The notes below the pieces were generated by a model, which was given only the letters and a program-made list of their open reading frames with translations, did not search any database and was not told where the DNA came from. The translations under genes were made by a program, and so were the position numbers. DNA of 63,751 nucleotides, counting the filler, from Octopus bimaculoides (Eukaryota), in the NCBI RefSeq assembly GCF_001194135.2. It is 8 parts of 8 records of this genome, joined end to end, with 100 filler letters (N's around TTAATTAATTAA, not from the genome) between each part and the next. Parts side by side here need not be neighbours in the genome. Positions count along the whole stretch, not along the records: positions 40,933 to 51,780 come from NC_068985.1; positions 51,881 to 58,700 come from NC_069002.1; positions 58,801 to 60,613 come from NW_026357272.1; 5 more parts are not named here. One strand, 5' to 3'. Shown in pieces: positions 48,310-60,713 of the stretch (its first letter is position 1; every line of letters starts with the position of its first letter).

Positions 48310-49375
48310 CATTTCATGCTCTGTTGCTTTCTCAGTGATCTTTTAGATTATAGAAACAATGCCACTTCTAGATCTCAGAATGAGGCTGACTCTCTTTGTC
48401 ACATCTTTGGTTTTGGTTTTATTTGAAGGGGGATTCTATCGCACACATTCTCCAGTATTAATAGAGAAAAATCCCTCCATACTTTCTAGTCTTTTGGATT
48501 GGATTGGCTGTTGTGTAACCTTCTCAAGGTTGGCATAATCCATAATGCCTGGGATATTAATCAGGTTGTTAAAGTGATTGACAAATCTATCAAAGACCTC
48601 TAATTTTTCCTGGAGTACTCTTTTGCTGTCAAGAACTCTGAGTTTTGTCGTGTCTCTTCTCTGTGGACCATATTCCTCTTGAACTCCTCAGTAAAATACT
48701 TTCATATCGTTTTATCTGCAAAATACTGTAACTCTTCAGCTTTGGCCTTCCACCAACCTGATTTCAGTTTCCTAGGATATTGTTGTTGCTTCTTTCTTGC
48801 TGCCACCAGTTTCCTGTTTGACCTTGTCTTGTAATTTAGCTGCCATGCTTTTGCAATGTTCCATTCCTTTTGCAGAGTCTGTAGTTGGATGTCATCCTTG
48901 TTGAACCAATCTTGATTTTTTTTCACTGGTTTACCAAGTAACCATTGAACTATCTCATATGTAGTTATTTTCAAGATGTTCCATTTTTCTCCAAGTCCTT
49001 TGGTTTCCTTATTTTACCATCTTTCCAAAACCTTATCCCGATGCTTCTGCAATTCATGTTCCTCTTTGGGTTCTCTGAGTTTCATGCTGTTTAGCTTATT
49101 TCTTGGTCAGCCTTTTGCCTTCATGCTCCACTTTCTAAAAAGCAAAAGTGACCTTTAAGCTGATTGTGTGGTGGTCGGTAGAGTAGTCTGCTTCTGTATC
49201 CAAGACATGGTTTTTGTATCCAAGACATTCTTCTGATCTCTTCCCCGGGCTCTGGGTAATTATGAAGTCTAACAAGTGCCAACACTTGCAGCATCCAAGT
49301 GGTCTTTTGATGTTTGAAGACAATGTTTGCAATTCTCTTCATACCTTTGTATTTACAAACACCCAATAATTAAAA
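48310..49375 (-). mobile_element. Decayed RTE-clade LINE fragment (end of endonuclease to linker)
   Basis: IANIVFKHQKTTWM, WHLLDFII, YSTDHHTI, KKNQDWFNKDD, WWKAKAEELQYFAD. Confidence 0.8.
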
Positions 49376-50568
49376 ACGAACCTATTGCCCAGTTGAATAG
49401 AGGCTTCAACGTGACATTTCAAAGCAAACTACAGAACTTGATCAAATTTTGACCTGTAACTCCATTCAAATTCAACTTCTTACTTTTGGGTTTATAAAGA
49501 TGCTTGAATGAACACAAAGAAGAATATTGCACTAAACCTTAATTTCCTACACTAAATCGAAGAAATATCTTGCAATTAAAATTTTGTGATGATCTAACCA
49601 AAGTATGTACATCTTAGATTGACGGAAGGGCAGCAGCCTCTTACGTCTTTCTTAGCTTCCTCTTCCACCATGCATTGTTGTGGTTGGACGAAGCATTGTC
49701 TCTCCTTTTAATGGACGACCACAATGTATGCAGGGAGATATTTTTGACCAAGTTATTGGTAATAAACGATAAATGATTGGAGGGAGTGTGGATGCCTGGC
49801 AGAGTCTCATGTGGCTTGAGATGAGGACAGCACAAACACTCAATGCCAACGTATACACCCAACTGTATGTATATGCACACCCATGGATGAATACAAATGC
49901 ATAGATTTTCACAGATGTATACGCATTCATCAAATACCAAGTCTACACACACACACACACACACGCACAAAGTCTACACATGTAAACACACTGTATACAT
50001 ATACATACTTGAATATGAAACCAATTCTCTGTACTTATTGACTCACAAAACCAAACAAACTTTTGCAGACTAACACTACCAAGCTACACTAACCACACAC
50101 CTGCATAAACACACACACACACATGCCCCAATGCCAACATTGACCAGAAACTAAATGATCGTATATTACCTTCAATAAAACCTACACACCAACGCATATG
50201 CATACATATACTAATACACTAACCTACTAATCAATATGCCACAACACACCCAGAGTGTAAACAAATACATAAACATGGAGAGAGACACACCCTCACAAAT
50301 CAAATGGTCTAATTCCCTCGACATATACAACCCGCTGGAAAAGTAAACACACAAAAGACTGAAAAAAGCCCAAACACGAACCCATCGGCTGTAATGGGAT
50401 ACTTCTCTGAAGAATGCACTCCCATAAAACTGCAACTGTCCCTGTCAATTTATTTCTTTACCCATTATCTCTCACTGCTGTCTCTTTTGGCAAACCATTT
50501 CATATCTAAACTTTCAAAATACACATGAATAGGTGAACACACACACACGCATGCACACATGCACACAT

Positions 50569-50651
<83 letters not shown>

Positions 50652-51381
50652 AGCAATGAAACTGACCGCAAAGCAAGCCACATACGTTATGCTAAACATC
50701 ACACAACTGAAAGTTAAACATTCATAGAAACATACGCATATGCAAATCCATAATACACAGTCCTGTCCATCCATCCATCCAGCCACCCACAGAAGTCTGT
50801 ACATTGTAAGCATATATACACAATACATATCAGAGGAATTGCTTGACCCTAGCCATGTCAGTCTTGGTGTTATCACTGGTTCTGCTGAAAGAGAAGAAGC
50901 TCTTTGTAGAATCTTTTGCTAACAAATAAAACGTATCTTCTTCTCTCATTACATGTAAAGTGTTCTCATCTCAGTTATAACTTACTTCCATGTTGGGTAT
51001 ATGTTTGCAAACCCCCCAACGCCTCCACCACATACACAAAGCATTACCAGTGTTTCGATGGTGGTGGTCATATTGCTCATGTTAATTTTTTGTAGTTGTT
51101 GCTTAATCTCCATTCAAACCTCTTTCATCCAAAACCAGAGAAACTTTGTCCAAGGTTTAAAACATTCTTGGCCACCACGTTATCTCATATTATTGTCCTT
51201 TATTTTAGGTGGAGTTGCATATTTTCTTTATACTGTTTATTGTTGTTGCTGTTGGTCATTAAGGACTTGATGAGTCAGAAATGGTTAAGGATGCATTGGT
51301 TTTGCTATTGAAGGAAGCTGTGTTAATTGGAGACAGTGGTGCTGGTGAAGATTGATTTGTATGTGGAAATAAATTCTACAG

Positions 51382-51545
51382 GTGCAGGCTTGGCTGTGTG
51401 GTAAGACGTTTGCTACCCAATCACATGGTTACAAGTTCAATCCCATTGCATCAAACATTGGGCAAGTCACTTCTACTAAAGCCTCAGGCTAACCAAAACC
51501 TTTTGAGTGAAACTGGTAGGCAGATTGTGAAAGAAACCTGTCATG
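51382..51545 (+). mobile_element. tRNA-SINE 5' half
   Basis: A-box TGGCTGTGTGG, B-box-like AGTTCAATCCC, core acattgggcaagtcacttctact. Confidence 0.78.
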
Positions 51546-51547
51546 TA

Positions 51548-51780
51548 TCATCATCATCATCATCATCGTTTAACGTCCGCTTTCCATGCTAGCATGGGTT
51601 GGACGATTTGACTGAGGACTGGTGAAACCGGATGGCAACACCAGGCTCCAATCTAATTTGGCAGAGTTTCTACAGCTGGATGCCCTTCCTAACGCCAACC
51701 ACTCAGAGAGTGGGTGCTTTTACGTGTCACCCGCACGAAAACGGCCACGCTCGAAATGGTGTCTTTTATGTGCCACCCGC
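51548..51780 (-). mobile_element. RTE-type 3'-tail repeat, young copy (runs into gap)
   Basis: See 46621-46970. Confidence 0.88.
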
Positions 51781-52033
51781 NNNNNNNNNNNNNNNNNNNN
51801 NNNNNNNNNNNNNNNNNNNNNNNNTTAATTAATTAANNNNNNNNNNNNNNNNNNNNNNNNNNNNNNNNNNNNNNNNNNNNTATATATATATAATTGTTAA
51901 AACAGGACTGCAAACATTAAGGCAAGGCAAACATCTCATGTCATATACAATGTTATTAAGAAATTAAGCAAAAAAATATTCTGTACATTTGATACAACCT
52001 TTTGTTAAATTGCATGTATCTGCCACCTAAATA

Positions 52034-52180
52034 CCGTAAATCCTCGAGTATAATCCGCATTTTTTCCCCAAAATTTAAAGGTCAAAATCCCTAGTGCGTA
52101 CTATATACGAGGTTAAAAATGAAAAATATTTTCTAAGCAATGTCCGAGTATTTATTTACTGTCCAGCAATGTTTATTCAG
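52034..52180 (+). mobile_element. Left end of a pogo/Tigger-like Tc1-mariner MITE
   Basis: TA|CCGTAAATCCTCGAGTATAATCCGCA resembles pogo-type termini; no partner TIR found in the window. Confidence 0.5.
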
Positions 52181-52194
52181 CTTCTCGCTCCGAG

Positions 52195-52625
52195 TAAATG
52201 GCAGATCCTATGATGCTTATGTACGTGCAGCTATGCTACATGGCAGTGAAACATAGGTCTTGACTACAGAATACTTACGAAGGCTTGAAAGAAATGAAGC
52301 CAGCATGCTCTGCTGAATGAGTAATGTCAGTGTGCATACATGGCAACGTGTAAATGGTCTAATAGGAAAACTGGGTGTAAGAGGCATCAGGCGTTGTGTA
52401 CAAGAGAAGAGACTGCGCTGGTTTGGTCTGGATGAGGACAGCTGCATAAAGAAATGCAGAGCTCTAATTGTGGAGGGAACCTGTAGAAGGGGTAGGCTAA
52501 GGAAGACGTGGGATGAAGTGGTGAGAAAAGATCTTCTGAGGCTGGACCTCACTGAGGAAATGACAAAGGACTAGGAGCTGTGGCGATTTGCTGTACTTGA
52601 GAAGATGCGCGTGAAGCTAAGTAAA
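52195..52625 (+). mobile_element. RTE-clade LINE C-terminal fragment
   Basis: RRLERNEASML, KRLRWFG, EGTCRRGRLRKTWDEVVRKDL. Confidence 0.85.
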
Positions 52626-52629
52626 ATCG

Positions 52630-52915
52630 CGGTTTCGATTCCCAGACCGGGTGTTGTGTGTGTTTAATGAGCGAAAACACCTGAAGCTCGACGAGGATCC
52701 GGCAGGGGGGGTGACCCCTGCTGTACTCTGGCAGGGGGTGGTGGTGACCCCTGCTGTACTCTCACTCTTTCTTCATGTTTCTTGAGTAACGCTGCGATGG
52801 ACTGGCATCCCGCCCAGCTAGGGGGAACACATACGCCATAGAAACCGGGAAACCGGGCCCGTGAGCCTGGCTAGGCTTTAAAAGGGCGCATAAATAAAAG
52901 ATAAATAAAATAACA
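52630..52915 (+). mobile_element. 5'-truncated SINE with V-domain-like core and short internal tandem duplication
   Basis: B-box GGTTTCGATTCCC; ctgcgatggactggcatcccgcccag resembles the V-SINE core; ggcaggggg..gtgacccctgctgtactct is repeated twice; A-rich tail. Confidence 0.6.
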
Positions 52916-53693
52916 CACACACNNNNNNNNNNNNNNNNNNNNNNNNNNNNNNNNNNNNNNNNNNNNNNNNNNNNNNNNNNNNNNNNNNNNNNNNNNNNNN
53001 NNNNNNNNNNNNNNNNNNNNNNNNNNNNNNNNNNNNNNNNNNNNNNNNNNNNNNNNNNNNNNNNNNNNNNNNNNNNNNNNNNNNNNNNNNNNNNNNNNNN
53101 NNNNNNNNNNNNNNNNNNNNNNNNNNNNNNNNNNNNNNNNNNNNNNNNNNNNNNNNNNNNNNNNNNNNNNNNNNNNNNNNNNNNNNNNNNNNNNNNNNNN
53201 NNNNNNNNNNNNNNNNNNNNNNNNNNNNNNNNNNNNNNNNNNNNNNNNNNNNNNNNNNNNNNNNNNNNNNNNNNNNNNNNNNNNNNNNNNNNNNNNNNNN
53301 NNNNNNNNNNNNNNNNNNNNNNNNNNNNNNNNNNNNNNNNNNNNNNNNNNNNNNNNNNNNNNNNNNNNNNNNNNNNNNNNNNNNNNNNNNNNNNNNNNNN
53401 NNNNNNNNNNNNNNNNNNNNNNNNNNNNNNNNNNNNNNNNNNNNNNNNNNNNNNNNNNNNNNNNNNNNNNNNNNNNNNNNNNNNNNNNNNNNNNNNNNNN
53501 NNNNNNNNNNNNNNNNNNNNNNNNNNNNNNNNNNNNNNNNNNNNNNNNNNNNNNNNNNNNNNNNNNNNNNNNNNNNNNNNNNNNNNNNNNNNNNNNNNNN
53601 NNNNNNNNNNNNNNNNNNNNNNNNNNNNNNNNNNNNNNNNNNNNNNNNNNNNNNNNNNNNNNNNNNNNNNNNNNNNNNNNNNNNNNNNNNNNN

Positions 53694-53900
53694 CACCACC
53701 ATCACCGCCACTACCACCACCACCATCACCACCACCACCATCACCGCCACTACCACCACCACCATCACCACCACCACCATCACTGCCACTACCACTAGTT
53801 CTCGTTTCTGACTTCATCCACATACCACTTCTACAACAACCTCTTCAACTTTATCAGTCACCATTAGCACCACCACCACCACAACAACAACCACACCTAC
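53694..53900. repeat. (CAC)n-rich low-complexity repeat
   Basis: Direct reading. Confidence 0.93.
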
Positions 53901-54099
53901 CATCACTGCAACCATCAAAATTTTTCTCTACAGTCTCACGATCTGCTAAATAAAGCAGCCAATTTCTCTCAAAACCAAGTAAGGCACACTGGACAAAAGA
54001 TATATGCTAAATCTCCAAGTAGGATAAGATGGTGCATGCTGGTATATCTTAAGAAATGGCGTGAGAGAGAGAGAAAGAGGGAGATAAACAGATAGGTGG

Positions 54100-54445
54100 A
54101 TACGGGGAGAGAGAGCGAGAGAGAGAGAGAGAAGCAGGTACAAGACAGACAGGCAGAAATAGAGAGGAAGAGACACAGAGAGAGAGAAAGGCNNNNNNNN
54201 NNCAGAAATAGAGAGGAAGAGACACAGAGAGAGAGAAAGGCGGCTCAAGACAGACAGGCAGAAATAGGGAGAGAGAGAGAGAGAGAGAAGCAGAGAGAGA
54301 GAAGCAGAGAGAGAGAAGCAGAGAGAGAGAGAGGCAGAGACAGACAGACAGACAGACAGAGACAGGCAGAGAGAGAGAAACAGGCACTAGACAGACAGGC
54401 AGAAATAGAGGGAGACAGACAGAGAGACAGACAGACAGACAGACT

Positions 54446-54500
<55 letters not shown>
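54100..54500. repeat. Purine-rich minisatellite (unit agacagacaggcagaaatagag...) plus (GACA)n
   Basis: cagaaatag recurs at about 54156, 54203, 54259 and 54400. Confidence 0.85.
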
Positions 54501-55161
54501 NNNNNNNNNNNNNNNNNNNNNNNNNNNNNNNNNNNNNNNNNNNNNNNNNNNNNNNNNNNNNNNNNNNNNNNNNNNNNNNNNNNNNNNNNNNNNNNNNNNN
54601 NNNNNNNNNNNNNNNNNNNNNNNNNNNNNNNNNNNNNNNNNNNNNNNNNNNNNNNNNNNNNNNNNNNNNNNNNNNNNNNNNNNNNNNNNNNNNNNNNNNN
54701 NNNNNNNNNNNNNNNNNNNNNNNNNNNNNNNNNNNNNNNNNNNNNNNNNNNNNNNNNNNNNNNNNNNNNNNNNNNNNNNNNNNNNNNNNNNNNNNNNNNN
54801 NNNNNNNNNNNNNNNNNNNNNNNNNNNNTATTGTTGTTGTCACGGTGGTAGTGGTGGTGGTGGTGTGGTGGTGGTGGTGTGGTGGTGGTGGTGTGGTGGT
54901 GGTGGTAGTGTAGGGAAGTGTGAAGTGTGAGTCAGGGTTGGGTGGTACAGAGGCTTTTGTTCCAAAATCATGCTATGTATATGTGTGTGTATGTATGTAT
55001 ACGTATGTAAGTATGTATGTAAGTATGTATGCATGCTATTGTTTTTTTACCAACTACATCAGAATCCATTGTCTAATATACACTCACACACACTCACACA
55101 CACACACAAACACATTATTAATCACATACAAAGAGTCTCTCTCTTTCCTTTTCCTCCCCCC

Positions 55162-55204
<43 letters not shown>

Positions 55205-55807
55205 ATACACAGACGCACATATGTCAGAAGAGAGGGAGAGAGAGACAGAGAGTAGGAGAGAAGCAAACAAAAAAAACAAAAAAACACGAAGCCAAATCAG
55301 AGAACAATATACATATATTTTAGGTGCCATATGCAGTAGATGTGTGAAATAGATAAGGCTATTTATACACACATGTTTGTGTAGACAAGCGATGAATAAA
55401 GGGAGGGATTACGGGGAGGGCTTTGTAATTAGTTTGCAAGAGAAAAGAATTAATGTCCTCTAAACGACCACTTTAGTGATAATCCAGATCTCTCTTTGAC
55501 GCTCTTCCTGATAATCGCGCCTACCCACCATCTCGGCCGGCATAGGAGCACACACCTCTCTGCGACCTCCCCTTATGGCATTTTTTATCTGTTGCTTTAT
55601 CATAATTTTCTTGGTAAGTTTCGGTATCTGTTCACAGCTTCCATATTAAATTCATCGGAATTATTGTTTTACTAAATCCCACAATACACTGTATCTCTCT
55701 CAACCCCTCCCTCCCCCTCTCTCTCTCTTTCTTTCTTTCTTTCTTTTTTCCTCCCTCCATATAACATGTGTGCGGATGTGTGAGGGCATATAATTTACAT
55801 GTATATA

Positions 55808-56557
55808 CAGGGTGCGATGGGTAACTTGTCGCCATTTTATATTTCTAATTTCGCGCTAGCGCATTGTTTGTTTTTGATTTTGTCGACTACACAGTATGGT
55901 AGGATCAATTGGGCACCGTCTGGGAGAAAAACAGCTCCATCATGCAATTCACTGTGCCAGAAATTTGGAAACGACATGTACTACTTGGCATTCGCCCCGG
56001 TAGCTTCAATACGAATGTTTCAGAGTGTTTGGGTGTCAATCTGAGGTCAGTGCAATCTAAGGACATGTATCGAGACTGATAAATATCAAACATCCAGTCA
56101 ACATTATGGTGTTTGGATTGATCACCAGTGATGACGACATTATGCCTCCATTCATCTTCCCACACGCCCTCAGACTCAACAGGGAGGCCTACATCAAGTG
56201 CCTGGAGGAGGTAGTGCTGCCCTGAGTTAAGAGGGTGGCCGCTGGAAGACCCTATGTCTAGCAACAGGACTCTGCACCATGCCACACAAGCAGGAGAACC
56301 CAGTCATGGCTGTCAGACAATTTCTACGACCACCTCACCCTAACATCTGGCTATGTAACTCCCCAGACTGCAACCCCCTTGATTATTATGTGTGGGGCAC
56401 TGTTGAGTGAGAGACCAACAAAACTTGTAACACCAGAGATGAAGGATTATGGCAGCATTCATCAACTTAAACAAAGAGACCGTCCAGAAGAGTTGCAGGA
56501 GATTCCAAAGTCGTCTGGAGATCGTAGTTGAAGCCAATGGCGATTTTATTGAGTAAA
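55808..56557 (+). mobile_element. Internally deleted, decayed DD37D (maT/mori-type) Tc1-mariner transposon
   Basis: TA|CAGGGTG terminus. Remnant HPVNIMVFGLITSD..MPPFIF...QQDSAPCHTS...W..NSPDCNPLDYYVWG; 37 residues between the QQD and PLD aspartates after restoring a 1-bp deletion. Ends RLEIVVEANGDFIE*. Confidence 0.85.
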
Positions 56558-56561
56558 TTCA

Positions 56562-56740
56562 CTTGACAACCGTTGCTGGTGTGTTTACGTCCCCGAAACT
56601 TAGCGGTTCGACAAAAGGGAACGATACAATAAGTACTACGCTTATAAAGAATAAGTCCTGGAGTCGATTTGCTCGACTAAAGGCGGTGCTCCAGCATGGC
56701 CGTAGTCAAATGACTGAAACAAGTAAAAGAGTAAAAGACT
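56562..56740 (+). mobile_element. tRNA-SINE 3' body
   Basis: gtttacgtccccgaaacttagcggttcg...ggcggtgctccagcatggccgtagtcaaatgactgaaacaagtaaaagagtaaaaga, homologous to 10184-10400. Confidence 0.88.
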
Positions 56741-56899
56741 AACCCAACAGGTATTTTGTTGTGAGGACATTTCACCTGATTTGAAGGTTCTTTTGATATG
56801 CTGAATCCAGAAATGGAAATGGAAGCCATTTTTTACCATATCCAGATTTCAGGATGTCAAAATCCACCATTTTCGCAATTTTCCTCATTTTTCAGAAAA

Positions 56900-57095
56900 A
56901 AATACATTGTTTACCTGTGGAATTTCGTTCAAAACTTCGCGAGCTTGATGACTAGAGAGTATCAACCGAGTCAGAAGACGCCACAGAGGATCCAGGTTAC
57001 TTTGGCACCAGCTCATCAGGTCCCGAACTCAATTACTTGATAAGGGACTTGCAGTTTTCAAAATAATTTGAAGAAGTTCTTGCGTCTCGATAAAA
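56900..57095 (+). pseudogene. Possible decayed DNA-transposase fragment (family not confirmed)
   Basis: LPVEFRSKLRELDD*..STESEDATEDPGYFGTSSS.ELNYLIRDLQFSK*FEEVLASR resembles the ELNDLVRDL..SK..ELLASRL block of a common invertebrate DDE transposase family; in-frame stops. Confidence 0.4.
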
Positions 57096-57299
57096 GATAA
57101 AAGCTTTCTTTAAAAGGAGCGAAAGTCGCCTATCGCTCCAGGGATGCTGAATTTAATAATATCGTTTAATATCACTTTCTGTTGAGAAGACAATATTTGA
57201 AATCTCGTCATTAAGTAACTAAGTATTGACTTGAGTCTGAGGATTCATATCGCTGATTACCTGGTTTCCATGGCACATAAGTGACCGCAATAACAACAT

Positions 57300-57490
57300 T
57301 CTTCCTGAACAGGACGCCAGTTCGTCGCAGAGCTACTCGTCTGCAACTGAGCGGAATGAAACAGCGTGAAATGAAGTATTTTGCTCAAAGCCACGACCCA
57401 CTGACTGGGTCGGAGAAGCAAAATGAAAAACGGATCGAAGCGATCTTACAATTATGTGTACTACATCCTAACCACTAAGTCACGAGCCTT
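57300..57490 (-). mobile_element. Diverged tRNA-SINE fragment
   Basis: cgtgaaatgaagtattttgctcaa and catcctaaccactaagtcacg match 1500-1615. Confidence 0.55.
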
Positions 57491-58889
57491 CACTTTAGTG
57501 TTTAAGAGATTATCGTTTAACAAAAACTTTATGTTTTTTGGGTGTTGGTTCATCGACTTCAATATCCAACAACTGCGTCTTCTGTTATTTCTGCTTCCAT
57601 TAATGTTTGGTATCCATGATCACACTTTGTAGCTTCTCGCCAAGTCCTGATCCATCTTTCATGACCTCTGTTTCGTCTAAAGACTACAAAGAAAATTATT
57701 TGCTTCGAATCATTCAAAGTCATATTCTACTTCAACACTGTGCAGTTCTTTTCCAAGCATTGGCTAAAATGAAGCCGCTAAATTGAATACTGCTGTTTCT
57801 AGGTTGTAGCTTAATTATGTTAATTAGTATTAACATATTCAGTTTGGTGTGAATGAAATACATGTGTGATTTGGAAAAGACAGTATTAACTCAATCAATA
57901 GTATTACTTTAAATCATTTCAACACGCGCGGAAGCAATTCTGGACATATTTCTGTCTATTAAACTTCATCAGCAAAGCACGGACTTCTCTATACTTGCCG
58001 AAGTAATGATGTGAGAATACAATATTGCATACAAGTTCGAATGAAATAGTCGACTCAAACATATAAATCATCAAGCTTAATTACAGCAACCTCATGAAAA
58101 AATTACAGTTAATGAAAACATGTTTAATGTAGTGAGCAGGAAAAGTCTAATTAATACTGTTTAAATATGCTATTCCTGTTTACATTTACTTGCGTACAAA
58201 ATTATATATGTAATTAGTGGTTCTATTATTACTTTGAGAATTATAAATCTATGTTTCGCTGAGAAGATTTTATAAGACAGAAAAATGTAGAGCTGTCTCC
58301 CGTATTTACTGAATTGATTAAAAGAATATCAGCCACTAAACTAATATCGCCTTTTCCTCATTATATCATTATTTGTAACAAGCTGACCACGTTCCGTCAA
58401 TAATGACGGCTAATAGCAAGTATTTTATATATAAATAAGGTATAAAATATGGTACATAATAATCACACGTACATTCACATACTTCCATTGTACACGCACA
58501 CACACATAGAGTTGAAACGCTGATTTTTTTCACCCCTCCCTTATTCATCTATCACTCCTTCCTTTCTCTCATTGCTATTACTCTTTCTCACACCCTTTCA
58601 GTCAGGGCTATTACTCTCACTACTTCTCCTCCACTGAATTACTATTTTCTCTCCTCCTCCGCGTCCGGCGCGATTCTGGACAAATATATATATATATATA
58701 NNNNNNNNNNNNNNNNNNNNNNNNNNNNNNNNNNNNNNNNNNNNTTAATTAATTAANNNNNNNNNNNNNNNNNNNNNNNNNNNNNNNNNNNNNNNNNNNN
58801 ACTTCTATTAAGTTGAGCTTTATGTCGCTTTATTAATGTCGAAGTAAGTGCGCATATATATTCAATATTCTGCTGGATATTAGGTCATG

Positions 58890-59379
58890 TTCCTCTACCA
58901 TTTATAGTGACACACAATCCATGCCACCAGAACATCTTCAATATCGCTAAAGCAAACCTACCAATCCTTGCACAAAGTAAGGAATTGAGAAATATCATTA
59001 CAGATCAAAATATAACTCTAAGTAACAGACAACCTAAAAACTTGAAAAAGCTATTAACAAAGGCAAGCTTTGACCTCAGCAACAAAAATCAAACATTCAC
59101 TGTGTCCAAATGCAATGATAGCCGATGCGGTACATGCCAATCAATTCATACCGGCCCTTATATGAACACAAAAACAGGGAAAATATTCACTAATGCGAAC
59201 ATGAACTGCAAAAGTAGAAATCTAATCTACTGCATCAAATGCCCAAATTGTGAAGAACTGTACGTTGGCCAGACAGGTAATGCACTATCGGAACGCTCTG
59301 TGTGTGTCGACAACAGATTAAAAACTTAGAGGTCCGCCAAATGCAATCTGGCAACATGTGGTCGAAAAACTTTTATGAT
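58890..59379 (+). mobile_element. Penelope-like element, GIY-YIG endonuclease region (Cys-rich linker, Neptune-like)
   Basis: LPFIVTHNP...KCNDSRCGTC...CKSRNLIYCIKCPNCEELYVGQTGNALSER; frameshift afterwards; runs into a gap. Confidence 0.9.
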
Positions 59380-60582
59380 NNNNNNNNNNNNNNNNNNNNN
59401 NNNNNNNNNNNNNNNNNNNNNNNNNNNNNNNNNNNNNNNNNNNNNNNNNNNNNNNNNNNNNNNNNNNNNNNNNNNNNNNNNNNNNNNNNNNNNNNNNNNN
59501 NNNNNNNNNNNNNNNNNNNNNNNNNNNNNNNNNNNNNNNNNNNNNNNNNNNNNNNNNNNNNNNNNNNNNNNNNNNNNNNNNNNNNNNNNNNNNNNNNNNN
59601 NNNNNNNNNNNNNNNNNNNNNNNNNNNNNNNNNNNNNNNNNNNNNNNNNNNNNNNNNNNNNNNNNNNNNNNNNNNNNNNNNNNNNNNNNNNNNNNNNNNN
59701 NNNNNNNNNNNNNNNNNNNNNNNNNNNNNNNNNNNNNNNNNNNNNNNNNNNNNNNNNNNNNNNNNNNNNNNNNNNNNNNNNNNNNNNNNNNNNNNNNNNN
59801 NNNNNNNNNNNNNNNNNNNNNNNNNNNNNNNNNNNNNNNNNNNNNNNNNNNNNNNNNNNNNNNNNNNNNNNNNNNNNNNNNNNNNNNNNNNNNNNNNNNN
59901 NNNNNNNNNNNNNNNNNNNNNNNNNNNNNNNNNNNNNNNNNNNNNNNNNNNNNNNNNNNNNNNNNNNNNNNNNNNNNNNNNNNNNNNNNNNNNNNNNNNN
60001 NNNNNNNNNNNNNNNNNNNNNNNNNNNNNNNNNNNNNNNNNNNNNNNNNNNNNNNNNNNNNNNNNNNNNNNNNNNNNNNNNNNNNNNNNNNNNNNNNNNN
60101 NATATATATATATATATATATATTCCTAGCTGTTATTTCTAGCAATGTAAGTGTCTCTAACACCCTAGTCTTATTTAATGACAATTGTAGTTTTCGTTTT
60201 TCGTGAAACACTGCAAACTTCTGTCTATAGTAATTTTGTGCGTGTGTGTGTCTGTCTGTCTGTGCCCGTGTATGCGTGTGTGTGTGTGTGTGTGTGTGCA
60301 TGTGTGTATGCTAGATCGTATAAAATCGCTGATAATATATGTATATATGTGTGGCTGAAATATATCAAATTTTAACATCAAAAAAGAAACTTAATGACAG
60401 ACAGGAACGTGTTACATCCTATAAACACTCTTCTAAATATGTGTTTCGAAAATTTTATTAAGTGTATTATTTCAAGGATTATATTTAATAAAAAACTTAT
60501 TTATTTATTTATTGTGAATATATGTATATGTAAGTGCTTGTAGCTATGTATATGTATATCTGTGTCTATGAATGTATATATG

Positions 60583-60613
<31 letters not shown>

Positions 60614-60713
60614 NNNNNNNNNNNNNNNNNNNNNNNNNNNNNNNNNNNNNNNNNNNNTTAATTAATTAANNNNNNNNNNNNNNNNNNNNNNNNNNNNNNN
60701 NNNNNNNNNNNNN

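Noticed and set aside
49610-49970. Moderately GC-rich stretch with ORFs of 93-109 aa on the minus strand
   Set aside because: The ORFs start in microsatellite-derived sequence, with no recognisable domain and no convincing splice sites.
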